A DNA stretch of 32,000 nt from Arcobacter sp. (GTDB lineage Bacteria > Campylobacterota > Campylobacteria > Campylobacterales > Sulfurimonadaceae): contig JAGXFN010000010.1 of NCBI GenBank assembly GCA_024637195.1, positions 136,847-168,846 on the forward strand, written 5' to 3'. The notes below the pieces were generated by a model, which did no database searches, was not told where the DNA came from, and worked only from the letters and a program-made list of their open reading frames with translations. Positions 26,488 through 32,000 of this stretch are shown here, one piece after another. The position numbers were made by a program, and so were the translations under genes. Within the stretch, counting starts at the first letter, position 1. The number at the start of each line of letters is the position of its first letter.

Positions 26488-27149
26488 ATATATCTTCCTG
26501 TAAGTTTATAAATGTCATCCGCTATTTTTTCTGGTTTATTTAATGCCCCAAAATTATTATCCAGTTGTTTGGACTCTATTAAGTTGCTTTGCATCTCTGT
26601 CTGCATTCTACCTGGATCAAAATTGTCTACGTAGAGAGCTTTTGGATTATTTTTTTCTTCTTCTTTTAGAATTTCTATAAATCTGTGCATGGAAGCCTTA
26701 GATGCACTATAGAGTGCTAGTTTAGTATTAGTCATAAATGCTGCTCCCGAAGTGATATTTATGATTACAAATTGTTTTTGACTTTTTAAAATATTTAATA
26801 TTATTTTTGATGGATTGATATAATTTGTATATATAGATTCTTCTATATCTTTTTCATTGATACAATCGATGTTCGATATAGGATCAATAGTGGAAGCATT
26901 AGATATAAAAATAATTTTGTTACACTTGTTAATTAAATCGCAAAATTTTTTTATGTCAATTTCTCTTGAAGACAAATCTAATGTAATCCCATTTTTTGTT
27001 TCATGTGTTCGATTTATTTCTAAAATATTAAAATTCTGAAATACTTTTTTTAAGCTTTTTCCTAAACCTTTTGTCGTTCCTGTTATAACAACTAAAGTTT
27101 TCTCCTTATTTATCAAATTATTAGATTTCACTAATTTAAAACCCCGCAA
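26484..27149 (-). CDS. Short-chain dehydrogenase/reductase (classical SDR)
   Basis: It has the cofactor motif VVITGTTKGLGKS (TGxxxGxG), ISNAS, and the catalytic YSASK (YxxxK). Its start overlaps the wecC stop by 19 nt. Confidence 0.8.
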   Translation of the reverse strand: MRGFKLVKSNNLINKEKTLVVITGTTKGLGKSLKKVFQNFNILEINRTHETKNGITLDLSSREIDIKKFCDLINKCNKIIFISNASTIDPISNIDCINEKDIEESIYTNYINPSKIILNILKSQKQFVIINITSGAAFMTNTKLALYSASKASMHRFIEILKEEEKNNPKALYVDNFDPGRMQTEMQSNLIESKQLDNNFGALNKPEKIADDIYKLTGRYI

Positions 27150-28351
27150 AAGTCCAAATCAGTCTGCATTCTCAACTTTTTAAACTCTTTGTGAGCTACT
27201 AAAAAAGTGACTATGTGTGCTTGTTCTAGTGCTTCTTTGTACTCAACTATCTCAAACTCTTTGTGAGACTCTATGTTTGGCTCTACTGCTAAGACATCTA
27301 TGCCATCGGCTTTGAGTCTTCTTGTGATGTAAAGTGCCGGCGACTCTCTAAGGTCGTCTATGTTAGGTTTGAATGCCAAGCCCATGCAGGCTACTTTTGC
27401 TTTTCTGCCATTTTCTTTTTCGTAAACTAAGACAGCGTTTTTTATCTTTTCTATCGCCCATTCAGTTTTGTAGTTGTTGACTTCTCTGGCTGTTCGTATC
27501 ATTTTTGCTGTTTCTCCGCCTGCATGTACGATGAACCATGGATCAACGGCTATACAGTGTCCACCTACGCCTGCACCTGGACTAAGGATGTTTACCCTCG
27601 GGTGTCTGTTTGCAAGGCGAATGAGCTCCCATACATTGATACCAAACTTATCACAAAGCATACTAAGTTCATTGGCAAATGCTATGTTCGTATCTCTAAA
27701 TGAGTTTTCAGTAAGTTTTGCCATTTCTGCTGTTTTTGCATCTGTTTCTAGCACTTCGCCAGCCACAAATTCTCGGTAAAATTCAGCAGTCAACCTTGTG
27801 GCTTCGTCTGTTGTACCGCCAACTATACGGTCATTTTCCACAAGCTCTCGCATGATATGGCCAGGGAGAACTCTCTCAGGACAATGTGCTACATGGATTT
27901 TAGACTGCCGTACTTCGCTCACAGTACCAAAAAGTTCAGGGCGAAGTTCTTGTAATGTTTCTTCTACTAAGTCTGTTGTGCCCACGGGTGAGGTTGACTC
28001 TAGTATGACAATATTTCCCTCTTTTACATAAGGAGCTATGGCTTTTGTGGCACTTACGACATAGTCTATATTTGGTACAAAGCCATCATGAAAAGGAGTG
28101 GGCACCGCTATGACAAAAATATCTGCCTCAGCTGGCTTTGTGTCTGCTTTGAGGTTACCACTGTTGACTGCTGCTTTTACAAAAGTATCTAGTTCTGGCT
28201 CGACTATGTGAATCTCACCACGGTTGATGATATCTACAGTACTTTGTACCACATCCACCCCGTGTACGTCATAGCCTCGATTTGCAAGTAGTGCTGAAGT
28301 AGGTAGACCGATATATCCAAGTCCTATTACACATATTTTTCTTTTTGTCAT
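27131..28351 (-). CDS. wecC: UDP-N-acetyl-D-mannosamine dehydrogenase
   Basis: It matches remembered E. coli WecC closely: VIGLGYIGLPT, INRGEIHIVEP, IAVPTPF, ILESTSPVG(T/S)T, CPERVLPG, TAEM.KLTENSFRD.NIAFANELS, INVWELIRLANRHPRVNIL.PG.GVGGHCIAVDPWFIV, GLAFKPNIDDLRESPA. Confidence 0.92.
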   Translation of the reverse strand: MTKRKICVIGLGYIGLPTSALLANRGYDVHGVDVVQSTVDIINRGEIHIVEPELDTFVKAAVNSGNLKADTKPAEADIFVIAVPTPFHDGFVPNIDYVVSATKAIAPYVKEGNIVILESTSPVGTTDLVEETLQELRPELFGTVSEVRQSKIHVAHCPERVLPGHIMRELVENDRIVGGTTDEATRLTAEFYREFVAGEVLETDAKTAEMAKLTENSFRDTNIAFANELSMLCDKFGINVWELIRLANRHPRVNILSPGAGVGGHCIAVDPWFIVHAGGETAKMIRTAREVNNYKTEWAIEKIKNAVLVYEKENGRKAKVACMGLAFKPNIDDLRESPALYITRRLKADGIDVLAVEPNIESHKEFEIVEYKEALEQAHIVTFLVAHKEFKKLRMQTDLDFCGVLN

Positions 28352-29493
28352 TATTTTTCTTCCTTCAGAAATTCAACAATTTTCTCACAAGCGTTACCAT
28401 CGCCATAGGGGTTATGAGCTTTAGACATTTTTTCATATTCATTTACATCATCAAGCAATTTTTGTGCTTCTTTGATGATCGTTTTCTTGTTTGTCCCTAC
28501 AAGCTTGACTGTCCCTGCTTCTAGTGCTTCCGGTCGCTCAGTCGTGTCTCTCATTACAAGTACTGGTTTGCCTAGGGAGGGTGCTTCTTCCTGTACTCCG
28601 CCACTGTCTGTGATGATAAAGTGAGACTTATTCATCAGATACAAAAATGTTTCATATTGGAGCGGTTCGATGAGGTGAACATTTGCTACATCTGAGAGTA
28701 AATCTTTGACTGGTTTTTGTACGTTTGGATTTAAGTGCACAGGGTAGACTATGTCTACTTCTGGATTGTTCAGCGCTATTTCTTTTAGTGCTTCACAGAT
28801 ATTGATAAAACCTTGGCCGAAGTTTTCTCTTCTGTGTCCTGTGACTAATATGATTTTTTTATTATCGTTTAGTTTATATTGAGAGTTTATGGATCGAATT
28901 ATTTTATTTTTTAATTCTTCTTTATTTTCGATTTTATCTAAAGCCAGAAAGAGTGCATCTATGACAGTATTGCCCGTTACTATGATGTTTTTTTCTTCTT
29001 TATTTTCTCTTAGTAGGTTGTCTTTGCTTGTTTGAGTAGGCGCGAAATGGTAACTTGCTAACACCCCCGTGATCTGTCTGTTTGCTTCTTCTGGCCATGG
29101 GCTGTAGATGTCATGCGTTCGTAGACCTGCTTCCACGTGTCCTACTTCTATCTTTTGGTAAAATGCAGCAAGTGATGTGGCGCTGGTAGTAGTAGTGTCA
29201 CCATGCACGAGGACAATATCTGGCTTAAAATCTGCCAAGACATCTTTCATCCCAAGCAATACATTCGTGGTGATATCGTACAAATCCTGGCCCGCTTTCA
29301 TAATGTTTAGATCATAATCAGGTCTGATCTCAAACATCTCCAGAACTTGATCTAGCATCTCTCTGTGCTGCGCTGTGACGCAGACTTTTGTTTCAAATGC
29401 ATCCGTGTGTTGTTGAAACGCTTTGACTAGCGGTGCCATCTTGATCGCTTCGGGACGTGTGCCGAATACTAATAGAACTTTTTTCAATGACAT
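28351..29493 (-). CDS. wecB: UDP-N-acetylglucosamine 2-epimerase (non-hydrolysing)
   Basis: The motifs [94 protein letters not shown] match WecB/MnaA. It overlaps the wecC start by 1 nt. Confidence 0.92.
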   Translation of the reverse strand: MSLKKVLLVFGTRPEAIKMAPLVKAFQQHTDAFETKVCVTAQHREMLDQVLEMFEIRPDYDLNIMKAGQDLYDITTNVLLGMKDVLADFKPDIVLVHGDTTTTSATSLAAFYQKIEVGHVEAGLRTHDIYSPWPEEANRQITGVLASYHFAPTQTSKDNLLRENKEEKNIIVTGNTVIDALFLALDKIENKEELKNKIIRSINSQYKLNDNKKIILVTGHRRENFGQGFINICEALKEIALNNPEVDIVYPVHLNPNVQKPVKDLLSDVANVHLIEPLQYETFLYLMNKSHFIITDSGGVQEEAPSLGKPVLVMRDTTERPEALEAGTVKLVGTNKKTIIKEAQKLLDDVNEYEKMSKAHNPYGDGNACEKIVEFLKEEK

Positions 29494-29804
29494 TTCCCAC
29501 TCTCAACTCTGTATCGCTCAAGCTCCAAAACCAGCAGATCATACTCCGCTTTTTTTCTCGCGATGAACTTCGTTGTCAGTTCTATCTTCTCTTTTAGACC
29601 TTGCTCTGTAAGTAGGTATCTGTATTGGTTTTTTTGTTTGTTTGCAAAGAAGTTTTCGGCTTTGATGAGGCTTTTGTCGATAAGTGCATTGAGTGCATAG
29701 TTGACCTTGCCGATGCTGATGCCGAGCTCAGTTGAGAGTATCTTCTGTGTTTTTAGTGACTCGATGTTTCGCAAAATAGACAGTGTCAACTCTTCGTTTT
29801 GCAA
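29484..29804 (-). CDS. EPS-associated MarR-family transcriptional regulator
   Basis: The 106-aa protein has [25 protein letters not shown]...NK..Y.YLLT..G..EK..LT..F..RK..EY..L..E, which matches the remembered small EPS-locus MarR subfamily. It is the first gene after a 233-nt gap. Confidence 0.75.
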   Translation of the reverse strand: MQNEELTLSILRNIESLKTQKILSTELGISIGKVNYALNALIDKSLIKAENFFANKQKNQYRYLLTEQGLKEKIELTTKFIARKKAEYDLLVLELERYRVESGKCH

Positions 29805-29897
29805 GATGTGTTTCCTAATGCTTATATTTGTTAATTTTCAGAGTTTGAATAATAGTGCTTTTTGGCTTTGAGCTTCATTAATGGACTATAAGATAAC

Positions 29898-29973
29898 CAG
29901 ACTGCCGAGATTGCCTCATCGCTACGCTCGCAAGGACAAAGCCCTGTCACTGCGAGCGAAGCGTGGCAGTCTG
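29898..29973. repeat. Composite palindromic repeat (two inverted about 30-nt units) downstream of rfbB
   Basis: The outer stem is a perfect 9-bp pairing: CAGACTGCC (29898-29906) with GGCAGTCTG (29965-29973). The inner arms CGCTACGCTCGCAAGG (29920-29935) and CACTGCGAGCGAAGCG (29948-29963) are complementary at 13 of 16 positions. Confidence 0.75.
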
Positions 29974-30037
29974 TGTCTTGGATGGGTAACTGCCTCACGC
30001 TGTACCTCGGGAGAGGGGAAGCAGTGAAAATTATAAT

Positions 30038-31120
30038 CTATCTTATTTTATACTTATCCAGATACCACTCTATGGTCTTAACGATACCCGTGTCAAATGT
30101 TTCGTCTGCTTTCCAGCCCAATTTTGTTTCAAGTTTTGTTGCGTCTATAGCGTAGCGGCGGTCGTGTCCTGCGCGGTCTTGCACATAAGTTATAAGGTCT
30201 TTGTAGGAATTTATGGATTGCTTCGTTGCACTCGCAATGACGTTTTGTGGAGGGACTTTTTCATCCAGGATCGTGCATATGGTATCAACGATTTGAAGAT
30301 TGGTCCGCTCATTTCTCCCGCCGATATTATAAACATTGCCTTCTTTGCCTGTATGGTACACGATGTCTATGCCTTTGCAGTGGTCAAGTACGTAGAGCCA
30401 GTCGCGGATGTTTTTTCCATCGCCGTAGATCGGGATATTCTCGCCTGCCAATGCTTTTCGGATGATGGTCGGGATGAGTTTTTCATCATGCTGTTTCGGT
30501 CCGTAGTTGTTCGAACAGTTTGTGATGACGGTGTTGAGTCCATAGGTCTCTTGGTAGCTTCGTACTATCATGTCGCTTGATGCTTTTGAAGCCGAGTAGG
30601 GGGAGTTTGGAGCGTAAGGAGTCTCTTCTGTAAAAAGGTCTGTCTCGTTCAGTGTTCCGTAGACTTCATCGGTGGAGATGTGGTGGAAGCGCGGACGAGA
30701 GATTGCTGCGTTATTTTGCTTTTCGTTATAACGGGATTTGTAGTGAAATGGTTTGTCCATCCAGTGCTTGTACGCTACATCTATAAGGGTAAAAGTACCC
30801 GTAACATTGGTTTGTATAAACACTCCTGGATTTTTGATGGAGTTGTCTACATGCGATTCTGCCGCGAAGTGGATCACGCCCTGGATGTCATACTCTGTAA
30901 ATATAAACTCTACGAGTTCACGGTTGCAGATATCGCCCTTGATAAATCTATAGTTTTTATTGTCTTCGCACTCGCTGAGGTTTTCCAGATCACCCGCGTA
31001 AGTGAGCAAGTCAAGGTTTATAAGCGTGTAGTCCGGGTATTTTTCTAAAAAATATGGTACAAAGTTTGAGCCAATGAAGCCGGCCGTGCCTGTTAATAGT
31101 ATGTTTTTCTTGTTTTGCAT
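30038..31120 (-). CDS. rfbB: dTDP-glucose 4,6-dehydratase
   Basis: It has ILLTGTAGFIGSNF, HFAAESHVDNS, HISTDEVYG, PYSASKASSD and DRAGHDRRYAID. I prefer the ATG at 31120 (MQNKKNILLTG), which gives a TAATG overlap with the rfbD stop; the ORF track extends to 31150. Confidence 0.9.
   Translation of the reverse strand: MQNKKNILLTGTAGFIGSNFVPYFLEKYPDYTLINLDLLTYAGDLENLSECEDNKNYRFIKGDICNRELVEFIFTEYDIQGVIHFAAESHVDNSIKNPGVFIQTNVTGTFTLIDVAYKHWMDKPFHYKSRYNEKQNNAAISRPRFHHISTDEVYGTLNETDLFTEETPYAPNSPYSASKASSDMIVRSYQETYGLNTVITNCSNNYGPKQHDEKLIPTIIRKALAGENIPIYGDGKNIRDWLYVLDHCKGIDIVYHTGKEGNVYNIGGRNERTNLQIVDTICTILDEKVPPQNVIASATKQSINSYKDLITYVQDRAGHDRRYAIDATKLETKLGWKADETFDTGIVKTIEWYLDKYKIR
30215..30241. repeat. 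Palindromic repeat unit embedded in frame in rfbB (encodes NVIASATKQSI)
   Basis: The plus strand reads GGATTGCTTCGTTGCACTCGCAATGAC. The coding strand reads GTCATTGCGAGTGCAACGAAGCAATCC, which is very similar to the intergenic units GTCACTGCGAGCGAAGCGTGGCAGTCT and GTCCTTGCGAGCGTAGCGATGAGGCAATCTC (29907-29973). Confidence 0.6.
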
Positions 31121-32000
31121 TATCTTCTCTCTAAAATTTTTTGCAGACATTTACCCAGTGAGTCTTTCCAGTAAGGGATTATTATGCCGAAATCCTCTTT
31201 TATCTTTGATTTGTTGAGCAAAGAGTAGTGGGGACGCACGGCAGGGGTAGGGCACCCCACTTTGCCTTTAGGCGCGGGGGTATCGGCAATTTCACCCCCA
31301 GGGCATTTCTTCCCTTCGTTCAGGGCAAGTGCCAGATACTCTTTGGTTTCTATCGGATTGATCTGACACTTCAGTTTTGCCATTTGCATGATCTCTTTGG
31401 CAAAGTCGTACCAGCTAAGCACGCCTTCATTGGAATAATTATAAATCTCTACGCTGTCATTATTTATCTTTGGCACTATGTCTAAAATGCTTTTTGCCAG
31501 ATCTCTTGCATATGTAGGTGTTCCCACTTGGTCAAATATGACTCCCAGCTGCTCTTTTTCTTTGCCTAAACGCAGCATGGTCTTGACAAAGTTTGCTCCG
31601 AAATGGCTGTATACCCATGAGGTTCTTATGATGATGGAATTTTTAGGATTTATCTTTTGCATGGCTTTTTCGCCGTCGAGTTTTGTCTGGCCGTAGACAC
31701 TGTTTGGACTGGTTTTATCTGTCTCGGTGTAGGGCTTGAAGTGCATACCGTCAAACACATAGTCGGTCGAGATATGGACAAGTCTTATGTTTTTTTCTTT
31801 TGCGATCTGAGCCAGCTGTTTTACTGCTAGATGATTGATGCTGTTTGCTAGTTCTTGTTCTGTTTCAGCCTTGTCAACGGCTGTAAAAGCGGCGCAGTTG
31901 ATGATAATGTCTATAGGATGCATCTCTATGAAGTTTTTTACAGACGCTCCATTGCTAATGTCAAGGGTGTCTCTGTCGGTAAAGAAATAGTGATAGTCAT
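31120..32000 (-). CDS. rfbD: dTDP-4-dehydrorhamnose reductase (N-terminus beyond window edge)
   Basis: It has INCAAFTAVDKAE, STDYVFDG, SVYGQTKLDGE, RTSWVY, GTPTYA and PTPAVRPHYSLL. The frame stays open upstream of the ATG at 31923 (…FTDRDTLDISNGASVKNFIE-MHPID), matching the RmlD N-terminal region, so the gene continues past base 32000. Confidence 0.88.
   Translation of the reverse strand, partial: DYHYFFTDRDTLDISNGASVKNFIEMHPIDIIINCAAFTAVDKAETEQELANSINHLAVKQLAQIAKEKNIRLVHISTDYVFDGMHFKPYTETDKTSPNSVYGQTKLDGEKAMQKINPKNSIIIRTSWVYSHFGANFVKTMLRLGKEKEQLGVIFDQVGTPTYARDLAKSILDIVPKINNDSVEIYNYSNEGVLSWYDFAKEIMQMAKLKCQINPIETKEYLALALNEGKKCPGGEIADTPAPKGKVGCPTPAVRPHYSLLNKSKIKEDFGIIIPYWKDSLGKCLQKILERR
31252..31335. 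repeat. 84-nt GC-rich, hairpin-forming in-frame insertion in rfbD (28 extra residues LALALNEGKKCPGGEIADTPAPKGKVGC)
   Basis: It interrupts the conserved ...KEY|PTPAVRP... segment. It contains a perfect 6-bp stem, GGGGGT (31276-31281) with ACCCCC (31294-31299). Its ends are inverted-repeat-like (GGCAC...GTGCC). It is visibly more GC-rich than the flanking gene sequence. Confidence 0.6.

Noticed and set aside
12073-27149. Mobile genetic element or genomic island bounded by integrase, transposase or tRNA
   Set aside because: No such genes, direct-repeat att-like borders or RNA genes are visible. The compositional break coincides with gene boundaries inside one operon. That fits cassette exchange by homologous recombination better than a self-mobile element.

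Overview
The window has two blocks.

Block 1 (about 1-8.6 kb) looks about 45-50% GC by eye.
- It opens with the 3' part of an AiiA-like metallo-beta-lactamase-fold lactonase.
- A plus-strand operon follows: a 1201-aa urea-carboxylase-type biotin enzyme, an EamA/DMT transporter, and an allophanate hydrolase encoded as two overlapping ORFs (amidase domain and C-terminal domain).
- The 94-nt leader of this operon contains two tandem ACGG-tetraloop hairpins, which is the architecture of guanidine-II (mini-ykkC) riboswitches.
- Convergent with the operon is a minus-strand pair: a cytochrome c'-like lipoprotein and a coiled-coil porin.

Block 2 (8.7-32 kb) is one uninterrupted minus-strand surface-polysaccharide locus of about 22 genes, many with overlapping stop and start codons.
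- In transcription order it reads: rfbD (partial), rfbB, EPS-type MarR, wecB, wecC, SDR, ATP-grasp, HAD, NeuD-type acetyltransferase, HTTM+DCC fusion membrane protein, wecE, wzxE, wecF, C5-epimerase-like protein, acyltransferase-3, an ORF remnant, a second acyltransferase-3, wzy-like, asnB-like, GT26 (WecG/TagA-like), WbaP-like phosphoglycosyl transferase, wzz.
- The recognisable core keeps the gene order of the enterobacterial common antigen (ECA) cluster, but unusual tailoring genes are inserted into it.
- The central part (about 12-27 kb) is far more AT-rich than either flank.

Items most worth follow-up:
- the riboswitch-like leader;
- the split hydrolase;
- the HTTM-DCC protein and the SDR/ATP-grasp/HAD module;
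- a duplicated gene junction in front of the two acyltransferases;
- an in-frame (GCTAAT)5 repeat in wzz;
- GC-rich palindromic repeat units that occur in intergenic DNA and, in frame, inside rfbB and rfbD.

No rRNA, tRNA, CRISPR array, transposase or integrase was seen. All calls rest on reading the sequence, the ORF translations and remembered family motifs. No database search was run.
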